Positions 45,901 to 56,142 are shown, counted from the stretch's first letter. The stretch is 64,000 bases of DNA from a virus (IMGVR_UViG_3300017922_000003:1340-65339); one strand, 5' to 3'. The notes: generated by a model from the sequence alone, not told the origin. Numbers and translations: made by a program.

Positions 45901-48900
45901 TCGAGTACATCACATATCCACACAACATCGAATATCTTCCCGCTTTTGGAACCAAGATTTTTGATATCGTAAACAATTATTACATTGAAGACGCCAAGCC
46001 AATGGTTGACCTAAGCAAATTCTATATTGGCAACGCATTTGATATTGCAGAGATTAAAAACATCGTTACCGATTACAAAAACGCGGTTGACAAGAGCGGA
46101 CAGGTAAACGCCAAGGGAGAACTGACGGAAATTCCTGAGGATAACGAGTTGGATCAGCTCAAGGCGTGGCTGGATAAGATCGCTGCAGATGCAGCAAAAT
46201 CACTGGAACACGGCAACGAGAAGTATACCAATCACGATCAACTTAAATCGCTAAGGATCGATCTACTGTCGCACGATACACTGACCGTTCCTAGATCTGG
46301 AACCTCTGCAGCACCATCTAACAGTACTGTAGAAGAAAAAGTACAGGATGTAGAAAGTGCAAAAAAATGGGTTGAAGAGGAGTTAAAAGACGAAGAACCA
46401 CGAACGGATCTTATAAACCAAAAGATTCGCGACATTATTAAAGCAACCACAGAAATAAACAAAACTAGAAGGCAAACAGAAGAAGAGGCACTGATAATTC
46501 CAAACGATACCGCAACAGATTTTAGAAACACAACGTTTGAGCAGGCTATAGACAACATAGATAAATCCATAATGTCTCTAGACATGCTTTGTCCAGTAAT
46601 AACCGTACAGTTTCGTTGGCCTAAGCGCAATATATTACTGACATCTTCACATCTATTCTCCTATAATGGCGTAGTCAGCGTCGATATATCGAAAGCAAAG
46701 GACAATCCCGGACACACAGCGGTAATAGTTCTTTCAAACACCACAGGTAAGTTGGTACAGGAAACCAAAAACAATAGACAGGAGATAGGAAACACTCTAG
46801 ATAGCCTACTCATAACTCCGGGGGTAGATGTTGACGTTTATGAAGGTGTGGGCACGAACAAAAAGCTCGCATTCAGGGGAACTATAAGCAATGTGCAATT
46901 TGGAACAGAAGTGTCCATTGTTGCCACGGGTCACGGAGGAGAATTGATGACCCCCGTATTTGCGTCAAACGAAAAACTTGGCGGGATGGCTACCAGCCCA
47001 AGAGAAATGGTTGTTGACGCGCTCATGAAAACAGGAAGTGAACATTTTGGGGTTAACGAAAACGGTTTCTTCAGAATGCTTCTCAAGAGCGTGTTTGCTG
47101 GATCATCGCTCGATTATCTCAAGGCGTACTCGGATAAATATATATTCAGAAAATTGAGATATCGAGATGCACTATCAAGCATATACTTCCCCGACAAATA
47201 CTGGCCTATACTCGGACAATTTCGTGATCACACAGGAGCAAACAATTTTGAGCAGTATGGCGCAGACTATTCAGCGCAACCGGGGTACAGTGCATGGGAT
47301 GTTGTTACAGACGCTGTGAGAAGAGTACCGGGTTTTGTGGCATACGTAGTAGATTACGACAGTGGAGATTCACGACTGTTTTATGGAAAACCCGACTGGT
47401 ACTACAAATTCACCAAGATCATATCACCAGAATTTTGGACACGCATCGGTAAGGAAAAGAAAGAGAGTGCTTACGACAAGCTTAAAGCAGCAGTAGAAAC
47501 GTTTAAGAAGCAAACAGAAGATAGATTGGGTAAGTTAACGGACGACATAAAAACAGATTCAACGGAATATCAGATAACAAAAACGCCCGACAGCATGGTA
47601 AAGAAAATCAATGTCGGAAAAAAAGAATTATATATAGACACATCCTGCCCCGTCTATGAATTGCCTGAATATTACGAAGGCAACGGAGATTGGATTGCCG
47701 GAAAGATACTGGAAGATTACAATGGAACACCGTATATTACTCCAACTCACGTTATTGACGGTGACACTTTCTATTTCAAATCGCCTGACGGTCAGGAAAA
47801 AATAAGGTTACTTGGTGTGGATACGCCAGAAATCAACGATGAGTATTATGCCGAAGAAGCATATGAAACATTATGCCAACTTCTTGGGGTAAAACCAGCT
47901 CAGGATACAGAAAATACCAATTATAGCAATGCAAATGGTTTTGACGGCAGAAATATAATTGCATATTACACAGGAACCACAGATTCCTATGGTCGTAAGG
48001 TTTGTAGAATATATGTTGAGATAAACGGAGAGTACATAGATGTTGCAAACACATTATTGTTAAATGGATATGGAGACTTCTTCATGCCGCAATACCACGA
48101 ACTTTCCACGCCTTACATGAGAGCCGAAAAATATGCTGTTGTTAACAAGCTCGGCGTCAAAGAAAGTTTGAGCGACGAAAATGTGAACGCCATAGTTAAC
48201 ACCACAGACAATTCTATCAATAACAGAATAAAGATACTGGATGAAACAGCAGATGATCTTGAAGAAAAATATCTGTCCGTTAAAGATTGGCTCAACAGAT
48301 ATTATCACGGCAAAAAGGTTGTCGAAGGCGCCGGCAAGTATATACATAGGGCGTTGCACTGGATATCTAAATACTACTCAGACGTGGATTCCTTTGTTAT
48401 GCAATGCAAACGCAAACTGGTAGATCTGAGAGATTCACTGAACGAGGGAAAAGAATCTGATAGTATCGACAGAATTGCTCTTGGTTTGTTAAGAAGACCA
48501 CAGGGATTCATAAATACACTGCGAATGATTTTAGAATCGCCCATGACTGAGCTGCAAAACAACTTCAAAAACGCAATAGGTACGTACATGGAAGGGGTAA
48601 GAACACAGTACAAGATTAAGAACCTGAAAGAAATGACTTCAGATGGCACCCAGTCCTCGGATCAAATGTTAAAGCAACCATTTTATACCGGTACGGTTAA
48701 GCCGTTCCCTGGAACAAAACATTTCCGTAATTACTGGACTGTGACAGGCGGGCTTAATCTGATTGACAACGGCGTGTTTACCAGTTCTGATAATGTTGCA
48801 AACAGTATAACAGTCAGAGGATTAAGAAGAACAGCACAGATTCCCCTGTTCGGAGCCGTGTTTAAATTCTTCCAGTGGCTTATAGGACTGGCACCAGGAG

Positions 48901-49805
48901 CAGACGAAGTTGATGGAAACATGGCGTTGTACAGAGTGATGTTTGACGACAACATTCCTGAATATATGAAACGCTCTCTTGTTTACGAAGATGAATGGGC
49001 AGACACAACACAGACAAGGATCTTGGTTGGAGCCACCGTCCTTGCACAGAGTTTAAGCAATATGTATCAGGGTGAGATAACTATACTGGGTAATTCCGAG
49101 ATAAAACCCCACGATGTCATTGTGCTTTCGGATGAATTCAATGACATGTACGGTATGGCTGTTGTTAAGAGCGTCAAACACCATCTTGGAGGTCAGTTGG
49201 GTTTTGTTACCAAGCTAGAAATTGAACCCATGATGTCGTTCAGGGACCTGCATTCATCAATGAGCGCGACTATATTAAAAACACTTCTTGGTATAGCAGC
49301 AATAGCAGCGTTATGGTTCTTTATACCACCGCTTGCCGGGGCAATAACACCGGCAGCATTGATGGGATCCGCTGTTTCTGTAATGGTTTTCAGACTGGCG
49401 CCTATGTTTGTTAAAAGCCAGTTTTTGGACTACACGGATATTGTAAAACCAAGTCTTGAGATAGACCCAAAGGACAGTTCTGTTATAGAAAGTGGTCAAA
49501 TGAATGATACTTATGGAACAAGCAGTTTTTTGTATAACCCCATAATCATAAAACCGCTTATGCAACACAACAAACCAATGACAGCTGGATTGGGTGGATA
49601 TAAGTTGAACGAACTTAACGCTCTTTCTTACAGATTACAAAAATGGCGAGAAATGTGGGACAACGTCAAACTGGGAACAAAAGTATTCGGAACGGCATGG
49701 AGCATGATATTTAATTACGCTCGATCGTGGCTCAACTCGGCACTCCATGACATTGAGATAGCCAAGATGACTGTTGAAAGAATGAAGGGGTATGAACGTG
49801 ACTGA
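42966..49805 (+). CDS. Giant baseplate hub-like protein (2279 aa) with an inserted staphylococcal-nuclease domain
   Basis: Hub motifs (TAVIVLSN, G...L.FRGTISNV...I.ATGHG.EL, YQGEITILGN..IKPHD...VKSVKHH..GFVTKL); SNase motifs VIDGDT, IRLLGVDTPE, DSYGR, LLLNGYG at about 47730-48160; hydrophobic hairpin near the C-terminus. Confidence 0.75.
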   Translation: MVAINVYTPEYFNADIDDLTIIGAVALPGGPANINISDLPKTAVSSTINGNTSVKDTGRKETMFVITAIFTDEFVKDRVYIEHPVAPLPLPCSMTALLGELQATPYVPIYSKQLYSLLGFNEDSYSYDTGLTAVLTSIKVQSINDFNHAYQVDMQFNLTNMNAACGGLVSFVDKDDDKETSRLFMYSSEDIIKRIDDPKGERETTLADELRTSALFETFNLGIDLYTIQSKIEQYKDKIAELAKQTWGTNKEKEVESELEKMQSMYRELKQNIETSNTALLKEASDLAKDSHAVEVYNANEGSSTATRIRFNTLSSVAIGYDNIVSPIYLQDSEVPIHILTGRSPTSGTVSVVVNDTRDIAAVKALHSKLQRMIRKLEFMNNTLPCSVENELTSMFNMDNITLTRMDVQTPEETQNTFIMRLNFASGYYSDINEKLTYVNYAIQEEVMKAIDEAIFPKNSTSIGKILDDGWMKDYKKDDEVAAFMVKPYVELLRSTYRGISSMTLGITLLIELINRSDPDTVESLVKALNKMTNNKFSNLINPGSKNNKLVLEYTLEYPKYSQKASKALLAGLSLFREEAYKEGIKGATYQTAIDLTFASKDKTLPLSLQRLMGFRTRTIVPEETSSRRQLSGLFPTVSIPGGANANSRNLFLLAGREITLEDGTTKIFGKEVIDRGLSDSIATYENKALEFAKTNNDIEIYPKLNKIRQMVNDVDTEYTHNIDMLSKVINTNEPMTEQEIKIKYHFLKALYIEALIEFGRFNTTSPENLRELEYLSGLSQTNIREFFNRYSTAEEAASALEQQFNVLAEEPRRINDVTRRSDVNLNEDYIPILIETEVDSQPMKTVCDRVGKSSINNFDVSMADKLFSDFEGAEKMEDISFVPLRVHNIKQDSAFETPDITDVFSEDSDYFFSIPDVSGTVLEDTFRQVGKILISYIVNGNGDDTENSKMDRIRRLVSFPELGSPVYITYINDMAKGLEYITYPHNIEYLPAFGTKIFDIVNNYYIEDAKPMVDLSKFYIGNAFDIAEIKNIVTDYKNAVDKSGQVNAKGELTEIPEDNELDQLKAWLDKIAADAAKSLEHGNEKYTNHDQLKSLRIDLLSHDTLTVPRSGTSAAPSNSTVEEKVQDVESAKKWVEEELKDEEPRTDLINQKIRDIIKATTEINKTRRQTEEEALIIPNDTATDFRNTTFEQAIDNIDKSIMSLDMLCPVITVQFRWPKRNILLTSSHLFSYNGVVSVDISKAKDNPGHTAVIVLSNTTGKLVQETKNNRQEIGNTLDSLLITPGVDVDVYEGVGTNKKLAFRGTISNVQFGTEVSIVATGHGGELMTPVFASNEKLGGMATSPREMVVDALMKTGSEHFGVNENGFFRMLLKSVFAGSSLDYLKAYSDKYIFRKLRYRDALSSIYFPDKYWPILGQFRDHTGANNFEQYGADYSAQPGYSAWDVVTDAVRRVPGFVAYVVDYDSGDSRLFYGKPDWYYKFTKIISPEFWTRIGKEKKESAYDKLKAAVETFKKQTEDRLGKLTDDIKTDSTEYQITKTPDSMVKKINVGKKELYIDTSCPVYELPEYYEGNGDWIAGKILEDYNGTPYITPTHVIDGDTFYFKSPDGQEKIRLLGVDTPEINDEYYAEEAYETLCQLLGVKPAQDTENTNYSNANGFDGRNIIAYYTGTTDSYGRKVCRIYVEINGEYIDVANTLLLNGYGDFFMPQYHELSTPYMRAEKYAVVNKLGVKESLSDENVNAIVNTTDNSINNRIKILDETADDLEEKYLSVKDWLNRYYHGKKVVEGAGKYIHRALHWISKYYSDVDSFVMQCKRKLVDLRDSLNEGKESDSIDRIALGLLRRPQGFINTLRMILESPMTELQNNFKNAIGTYMEGVRTQYKIKNLKEMTSDGTQSSDQMLKQPFYTGTVKPFPGTKHFRNYWTVTGGLNLIDNGVFTSSDNVANSITVRGLRRTAQIPLFGAVFKFFQWLIGLAPGADEVDGNMALYRVMFDDNIPEYMKRSLVYEDEWADTTQTRILVGATVLAQSLSNMYQGEITILGNSEIKPHDVIVLSDEFNDMYGMAVVKSVKHHLGGQLGFVTKLEIEPMMSFRDLHSSMSATILKTLLGIAAIAALWFFIPPLAGAITPAALMGSAVSVMVFRLAPMFVKSQFLDYTDIVKPSLEIDPKDSSVIESGQMNDTYGTSSFLYNPIIIKPLMQHNKPMTAGLGGYKLNELNALSYRLQKWREMWDNVKLGTKVFGTAWSMIFNYARSWLNSALHDIEIAKMTVERMKGYERD

Positions 49806-50052
49806 TATAACAATATGCAACGTGCTAAACATAGATTTTTCCAAGAACACTGTAAAGGTTAAGTTGGACAAGGAGATTAAAGAAGTATCTTTTGCATACT
49901 TCGGACTTCAGAGTGATCTTATTGATGAAACAAAATATACAGCTGCGGTTATTTTGCAGGGAAACGTACCTGCATTTGCGCTTGTATTTCCCAAGAAAAG
50001 CAAAATGAGAGAACTGAGCATAAGAGATTTCAAATGCTGCATCATGACTTGA
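49792..50052 (+). CDS. Small baseplate protein, spike N-terminal OB-fold-like
   Basis: V.NID..KNTVKV pattern; position after the hub. Confidence 0.5.
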   Translation: MNVTDITICNVLNIDFSKNTVKVKLDKEIKEVSFAYFGLQSDLIDETKYTAAVILQGNVPAFALVFPKKSKMRELSIRDFKCCIMT

Positions 50053-50061
50053 GGTGTTTAC

Positions 50062-50445
50062 ATGGCTATCGAACAAAGTGAACTGGACAAGAAATTTGAA
50101 CAGAAAGAAAATGAAACCAAAACAGGCATACAGTCTCAAAAGAACGGTAAGTTGTTGGCTTCTGACTCCAAAAACGCCAACGCGTTTGTAAGGGTCAAGG
50201 AAGATCGTATAGAGATTGTTGTTAATGAGAAGGTTGGAATCGTCATTACACCAGATGGTATTTACACACAGGGACAGTTTCAACTCAACGGCACGCCTTT
50301 AGACAACAAGAAACTCGGCATGTTCGTGGACAATCCTGCAGACATGCTTTTCATTCCACCAACAATGGTAACACCAATTATGCGCTACTTGCCCGGCAAT
50401 CCCCTTAAACCCATCATTAAGATGAAGAGGAGGCTGGGAGTATGA
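50062..50445 (+). CDS. Baseplate spike-associated protein
   Basis: Short beta-strand repeats; synteny; RBS GAGGTG. Confidence 0.5.
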   Translation: MAIEQSELDKKFEQKENETKTGIQSQKNGKLLASDSKNANAFVRVKEDRIEIVVNEKVGIVITPDGIYTQGQFQLNGTPLDNKKLGMFVDNPADMLFIPPTMVTPIMRYLPGNPLKPIIKMKRRLGV

Positions 50446-50873
50446 CCGGAGATTTTGCGTTTGATAAAACAGGCGATTTAAAGATCAACAGCAACGACAT
50501 AGAAGTTTCCAGTGATATAGAAGCTATAGCTCAATCACTCATGACACGCATAGCCATGCCCAGCGGGGAATTCAGATACAACACCCGTCTTGGTTCAGAA
50601 CTGCAATCCATTTTATCCAGTGTGAAAACACATGGCGCAGATCGCAGAAAATTAGAGCAAATGATAAGCCGTGAAGTTCAAAGGGCTTTACATAAATCAC
50701 AGGCAGGCTCAACGTTGAATATTAATCCCATAGTGAAGATCAAAGACGATAAACTGTTTGTTCGCTTTCAGATCATTTATGAAGGACACGCTGCTGAAAT
50801 AAGCGGGTTTGTATTCACTGACGAGGGATTTGAATACAACTACGACGTTGAGGAATACAGGAGGCGTAACTAA
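50442..50873 (+). CDS. Baseplate wedge / sheath initiator (gp25/GPW-like)
   Basis: GDL...DI....IAQSL.TRI...GE...RLGSEL pattern. Confidence 0.8.
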   Translation: MTGDFAFDKTGDLKINSNDIEVSSDIEAIAQSLMTRIAMPSGEFRYNTRLGSELQSILSSVKTHGADRRKLEQMISREVQRALHKSQAGSTLNINPIVKIKDDKLFVRFQIIYEGHAAEISGFVFTDEGFEYNYDVEEYRRRN

Positions 50874-52012
50874 TGCAAATAAAGAATTACAGTCAAATAG
50901 CAAATGAAATCGTTGCTCAGATAGAAAATGAGCTGGATATCACCACACCACCAGGAGGCGTGGTTCAAACGCTTTCCAATATCGTTGGTGGTGAGATATC
51001 CAAGCTGTACGTTTTTCTCAATCAGGTTACAAATAATCTGTATATCGGCGATGCCGGTGGTGAATTGCTGGATGCCTTCGGTTCCATCTTTGGACTCGTG
51101 CGCAGACCTGCCAGATACTTTGATACCATAACAGGGATCAGGTTCTATGTTAACTCCGGTACTCTAGGTGATGTGATAGCAGCCGACTATTTTACCGCAA
51201 ACGATGTAACGGTAACTGACGGTAAAAATGAATTTGCCGTGCAACCAATTACCCTGACCGCAAACGATCTATCCAAACAATATGTGGAGGTTGTTTGTGA
51301 ACAAACAGATGTTTCAGATGCATTGGCGGAAAGAAACACTATCACTACCTATACACCAGATACAGATGGGTTGTATGTAACCAATCCTGCGGATATAAAG
51401 CTTTACACAATGGAAGAAACGGACGAGCAATTTAGATACAGGGTTTCGAGACATCTTGCTATCAACCGGATGGCTGACAATAGGCAGTACAGATTAAGCA
51501 ACAAAGCTTCTTTAAGAATTGCAGCTTTGACTGTAAGTGGTGTAGCAGATATTTATATAAAAGAATACACTTCCGGGGGCGGAAGCTTTACTATTTATGT
51601 GGTTGGGGAGGATCTCAACAATGATTCTCTTTTGCCTCAACAGGTCGCAAATGGATTAAACTCTATCATTCCTTACGGAACACAGTTTAAAGCCACGTTA
51701 CCTACAAAAACAAAAATTTATGTTGAGCTTAGTGGCAACTACAGTTCGACTACAGATATGCTAAATGAATTGGAAGACGTTCTGAGAGACTATGTTGATG
51801 ATGTGAGAATTGGCAGTGAGTTGAACCTCAAGGATTTCGAGCGCCTTATAACCCAGACCACCGCTTCGTACGGGACAACCAGCGACATAAAGGTATTTGC
51901 CGCACAAGACGATACACTCGGAGTCGAACACAGAAGGTTGTTAACAGACAGTTACCAGTGTCTTGACAACGAAAAGTTGATGTTGGCACCATCAAGCGCG
52001 GTGGTGATATGA
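50873..52012 (+). CDS. Baseplate J-like wedge protein
   Basis: A.GELLD.FG..FGL.R, VTNP, ETDEQFRYR and AL.V.GV.D motifs. Confidence 0.88.
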   Translation: MQIKNYSQIANEIVAQIENELDITTPPGGVVQTLSNIVGGEISKLYVFLNQVTNNLYIGDAGGELLDAFGSIFGLVRRPARYFDTITGIRFYVNSGTLGDVIAADYFTANDVTVTDGKNEFAVQPITLTANDLSKQYVEVVCEQTDVSDALAERNTITTYTPDTDGLYVTNPADIKLYTMEETDEQFRYRVSRHLAINRMADNRQYRLSNKASLRIAALTVSGVADIYIKEYTSGGGSFTIYVVGEDLNNDSLLPQQVANGLNSIIPYGTQFKATLPTKTKIYVELSGNYSSTTDMLNELEDVLRDYVDDVRIGSELNLKDFERLITQTTASYGTTSDIKVFAAQDDTLGVEHRRLLTDSYQCLDNEKLMLAPSSAVVI

Positions 52013-52013
52013 T

Positions 52014-54326
52014 ATGGAATTTCTTGAATTAAACTTCACTCCTCAGCTTAAACCTGATCCATCCCGAATATCGTACGTGGATGGATTATTAACACTGGAA
52101 TCTCCATTTAGTGTTGAATATGATGTTTACAAAAGAAATATAGAGAAACACACAGGCTGGGAATACTACGACACCACCACGTCAAAACAGCTTGATCTAG
52201 GAGACGAACACATGGTGAGGATAGTTCCTGAAGGCTGGAAACTTGGATACGGAATAGATCTCGCATTTCCAGTAAACACAGTTAATGACAACAATCCTTA
52301 CTATAATTCCGCAAAAGAGAACACACCCAGCACGTATATTGCCAAACAAAATGAAGATTCCAACTGGAATACGTTACTCAGAGGCATGACAAAGCAGATG
52401 GCTGATTTGCTCGAATCTTCTACTCAAGCAAGTCTAGAACACTCTGCAACACCACCAAGTTTCTTTGAGCCGTGGTGTGACAACACGATTCTGGTTAGCG
52501 AAGCAGAACCGGTTGGCGATAACTATGTTCTGAAGGGTGATGACATTACGCTGGATAACATAGCCAGCCTCGATAACGTTCTTCCCAGCAGGTTCACATA
52601 TAAAGAGACTATAGACCGGATACCCAAACAACCTCAAATAGTCTTTGAAGCTCCACATTTGCAATTCAATACAGTAAACGGCAATGAATATGTGAAGTTC
52701 TACTTGAACACCGGCACTAACGAAATAATAGGATTTTTGAGTGGCTGTGGAGAAGTTGTCTATCGCGTGCCTTTAAGTATTTCCGGCAGCAACATAGGAT
52801 TTTTTTACAGCCCGGATATGTTCTTTATCCTGCAAAACGACGGGTTATATTATCTGGATCTGGAACATTCTGTCGATGAACAAACACCCACGCAGATATC
52901 TTCCATATCAACAACAGGACATTATCTTATCGTTGTCCCGGGTGGATTTGCAATATACGACAGCGGTTTTAAACTGTATTCTGCCAGATACGATTACTAC
53001 ACAATTATCAACGACAGTATCCATGTCATAGATGATTACAGTTTCATAACCGCAACAGACAGGGTAACTATCACATTGAATCCTGAACACTCACTTATAT
53101 GGACATCTGAAGATGACAGAAAACAGATGATGGGCCTGTTCCGCTCGTATCACCAGAGTTTAATTGATTTTAATATAAGAGGCGAGCTTTTTTTAAGCAA
53201 GAACGCCACGCATAGCGAGGAATCACTAACAAAAGCTTTAGAGGCAATGGGTATAGACTGTACAGTCATTTCCACGGAAGATCTTTATTCCCTAACAGAC
53301 GATGAGCAAACAGCGGTTCTGGACGCTATGGATAAAGAGGTAACCTATTCGGAACTGACTGTTATAAACTACGACCATATCCGCAGCGGATTGGAACACG
53401 CCGTCACGGACTTAACCGATACCAGTCAGCCGGGAATTATAGATATTCTGTCCGAAGATCCTATTCCTAAAGTTATTTACGGTGCCGATAATCCCGTGAT
53501 TGTCTCTGATAAATTGCAGATAGAATCGTTTAGCGGTACCACTCACAATCCAGAGTATCATGTTGCAGACACAGGCATTTTTGTGTACGGAACCAGCGAG
53601 TTTATTAAAGTGCCGCAAGGAGACGAAAACAAATACGTTAAGCTTTCGGGCAACACACTGACAGCTAATGAAGATCAATCAGGTCTTGAGATAAGTTATA
53701 TCAAAGACAATGTGGTGAGTGAAGCTACGCTAAGCTTTTCTCCCAACGGTGATGTGTTTGAAGCAACCGTTCCTGATTACGACAGAGATCTCGTTATACA
53801 AGATGATCTCTATTTACTCACGGACGAGATACTGTATTCCTTTGACGGAAAGACGGTTAATTTCTCTGAATCGGCGACGGGATATATTGTCTATGACACA
53901 TCAGATGAGTTAAGCATGAGTAATATAAAGGACTATGTTTTTGGACTGTTGGAAGCCGATCTCAAACCGGAAATTGTTGATGCCGATCCTTCCTATACAC
54001 TCGAGGCGGAAATTTATAGAGAAGATGGTTATCTTTACCTTAACGCACAGGTTAAAGACAACGATGTTGTTGTGCCAGCAAGAGGAACGATCGAGGTAGA
54101 CAATGCGGGTTCTGTTAAAACACTAAGTCCGCTTTTATACGGCCCGCTGATTATAGACGAAAATCCACAGGGCGATTACAGCGTGAGTGTGGATATAGAT
54201 GAGGTTTATCCCTTTGCAGGTACCAAAACCTATGTTTCACTACAAACTACGCTCTCAGGCTATTTTCGAAGGGATTCTGGGCGTTTGCACAAGACATATC
54301 TACCACTGGAGTTTGATGCTGTATGA
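52014..54326 (+). CDS. Baseplate/tail structural protein (770 aa)
   Basis: Long acidic beta-rich ORF following baseplate J. Confidence 0.65.
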   Translation: MEFLELNFTPQLKPDPSRISYVDGLLTLESPFSVEYDVYKRNIEKHTGWEYYDTTTSKQLDLGDEHMVRIVPEGWKLGYGIDLAFPVNTVNDNNPYYNSAKENTPSTYIAKQNEDSNWNTLLRGMTKQMADLLESSTQASLEHSATPPSFFEPWCDNTILVSEAEPVGDNYVLKGDDITLDNIASLDNVLPSRFTYKETIDRIPKQPQIVFEAPHLQFNTVNGNEYVKFYLNTGTNEIIGFLSGCGEVVYRVPLSISGSNIGFFYSPDMFFILQNDGLYYLDLEHSVDEQTPTQISSISTTGHYLIVVPGGFAIYDSGFKLYSARYDYYTIINDSIHVIDDYSFITATDRVTITLNPEHSLIWTSEDDRKQMMGLFRSYHQSLIDFNIRGELFLSKNATHSEESLTKALEAMGIDCTVISTEDLYSLTDDEQTAVLDAMDKEVTYSELTVINYDHIRSGLEHAVTDLTDTSQPGIIDILSEDPIPKVIYGADNPVIVSDKLQIESFSGTTHNPEYHVADTGIFVYGTSEFIKVPQGDENKYVKLSGNTLTANEDQSGLEISYIKDNVVSEATLSFSPNGDVFEATVPDYDRDLVIQDDLYLLTDEILYSFDGKTVNFSESATGYIVYDTSDELSMSNIKDYVFGLLEADLKPEIVDADPSYTLEAEIYREDGYLYLNAQVKDNDVVVPARGTIEVDNAGSVKTLSPLLYGPLIIDENPQGDYSVSVDIDEVYPFAGTKTYVSLQTTLSGYFRRDSGRLHKTYLPLEFDAV

Positions 54327-55222
54327 GAATAGGATATAGATTTTCAGATGAAGGCGACAGAATACATGTCTATTCGTCTTCACTAAAGAACACGGAACTG
54401 CTAAGTTTTGATCAGGAATGGTTTACAACCCACAGCAAAGTACAATTAACCGATTCGGTTGATTATCCCAATATTCTGGCCACGGACGTGTTTCATCCAG
54501 ATACGGAACAACCGTTGTTTTATGTTATGAAACTGCCTCTTTTCAGCTACACAAAAGAAAAAGATATTCGCTCTGCTGTGAAGATGGTTAAGGGCGGAGA
54601 AGAAGTAGATGACAAACAATACTATGTTACTCATGACACGTCCAATATACTTCTCTACACCAATCTCAGAAACACAAACAGGCCGTATGAGGTTATTTAT
54701 GCCCCTTATCCGGATTCCACACTATCACGAAGTTCACGATTGTTGTTGAGTGTTGAACCAGCTTTAACTCTAAACGATGATTATACAATCAGTTACAACG
54801 GCAATTACAGGCTCTCTCAGGAACTTTACGTGAAACCCGATCCGGACAAAACCGGCGTACTCACCCATTTATATACCGCCGATGCAACGGTACCATGGTA
54901 TGTATTTATAAACAACATAACCACAAAGATGCTTCAGATTCTCCCAACAAGCAGAACAATCACTATTGAGCTTCCGGCAAGAAGACTGGAAAAGAATCTG
55001 TATAAGGTTGATGCAAGAGACGTTCATTCTGTTCAGTGCGACGGAATTAATGTACTGAGCTGTTCCAACGACGGTTTTGTGCGTATGAAAACCAACGATT
55101 ATGTAGTTACAACCAGCGTGAATATAAAGACAAAACGCAACATTGTCACAAGTAATTATCTTCCTTACGATTTCAGACCCACCATAAACAATTTTAACGA
55201 GTACAAACTCACTGCAATCTGA
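54323..55222 (+). CDS. Baseplate/tail structural protein (299 aa)
   Basis: ATGA-coupled ORF in the baseplate operon. Confidence 0.65.
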   Translation: MRIGYRFSDEGDRIHVYSSSLKNTELLSFDQEWFTTHSKVQLTDSVDYPNILATDVFHPDTEQPLFYVMKLPLFSYTKEKDIRSAVKMVKGGEEVDDKQYYVTHDTSNILLYTNLRNTNRPYEVIYAPYPDSTLSRSSRLLLSVEPALTLNDDYTISYNGNYRLSQELYVKPDPDKTGVLTHLYTADATVPWYVFINNITTKMLQILPTSRTITIELPARRLEKNLYKVDARDVHSVQCDGINVLSCSNDGFVRMKTNDYVVTTSVNIKTKRNIVTSNYLPYDFRPTINNFNEYKLTAI

Positions 55223-55255
55223 CATTTAACCTTCCAAGAGGCGCCTCCTCTTCGC

Positions 55256-55273
55256 TGTTATTTCTAAATTGAG
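55256..55273 (+). promoter_or_regulatory. Late promoter motif TGTTATTTCTA-N4-GAG (fibre operon)
   Basis: Exact motif, intergenic. Confidence 0.8.
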
Positions 55274-55311
55274 AGTTATCAACAAGACAGCGATCAGGAG
55301 GCGTTTCATAT

Positions 55312-55842
55312 ATGGCCGCAACAGTACAGTTAAGAATAACCTACGGAGCAGCACCGGGAACGGTTGAAGAAAAACACGCTTTAAACATTCCGTTACTGTC
55401 TTCAGATGTAGGCGCAGATGGTGTAAATCCTTCGGACCATCCTATTCAAATTCCATCACAGGTAGGAGAAACCAATTACAGCTATGAAAGATACATACAA
55501 TTCTATGTTGCAGACATAGATACCAGTCTTCATATAAATAACATTCGTTTCTTTACTGATTCAACCGAATTAATACCCGGGTCCACACTATATGCCCAGG
55601 TGAAATCCAAGGACAGCTACACGGCTCCTGTAGATACTGATGAAGCAGGCAGTACGGTAGCAGAGGGTTCTATTGTCCCGACGACCGAAGCAGAAGCTGT
55701 ATCGATAACGGTTCCTGATGACGGAAATCTCACAACGGGAGAATATTCCAACTTTCTTGTTTTGCAATTAGCTCTTCCTTATGGTTCCACTAATTCCGGT
55801 GGCAGCACAAATATTTATTTCGTATATGACGAGGTGGCTTAA
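55312..55842 (+). CDS. Virion structural protein (176 aa)
   Basis: PIQIP...NYSYER...INNIRF...FLVLQL...F.YDE pattern common in tail appendage genes; RBS AGGAGG. Confidence 0.65.
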   Translation: MAATVQLRITYGAAPGTVEEKHALNIPLLSSDVGADGVNPSDHPIQIPSQVGETNYSYERYIQFYVADIDTSLHINNIRFFTDSTELIPGSTLYAQVKSKDSYTAPVDTDEAGSTVAEGSIVPTTEAEAVSITVPDDGNLTTGEYSNFLVLQLALPYGSTNSGGSTNIYFVYDEVA

Positions 55843-56142
55843 ATGAAGTGGAAATGGGTTGAAGTATATCCAGATGCAGAGATAGTTCAGGACGAAAACA
55901 GACATTACACGGATATAGATTTTGACAACTTAATTGGTTTCAAGATGAGACACACATCAGGCAAAGAATTTGAGCTTGATATTTTCAAAGGAAAACCAGT
56001 GCATTTTTACAGAAATTATATTCGCTATTCCAATCGATGGAATTACAAAACCGTAAAAACAATAGCTGGTATTGAAAACGACCAATTTTACTGGTTCAAG
56101 GACAACGGGCAAGTTGAGCCTGTTGAAATAAACAAAACATAA
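55843..56142 (+). CDS. Hypothetical protein (99 aa)
   Basis: RBS GAGGTGG; adjacent to the previous stop. Confidence 0.65.
   Translation: MKWKWVEVYPDAEIVQDENRHYTDIDFDNLIGFKMRHTSGKEFELDIFKGKPVHFYRNYIRYSNRWNYKTVKTIAGIENDQFYWFKDNGQVEPVEINKT

Noticed and set aside
31471-49805. Virion RNA polymerase called from a DxDGD motif in the giant proteins
   Set aside because: No such motif was found; the only DGD (VIDGDT) belongs to the SNase domain.
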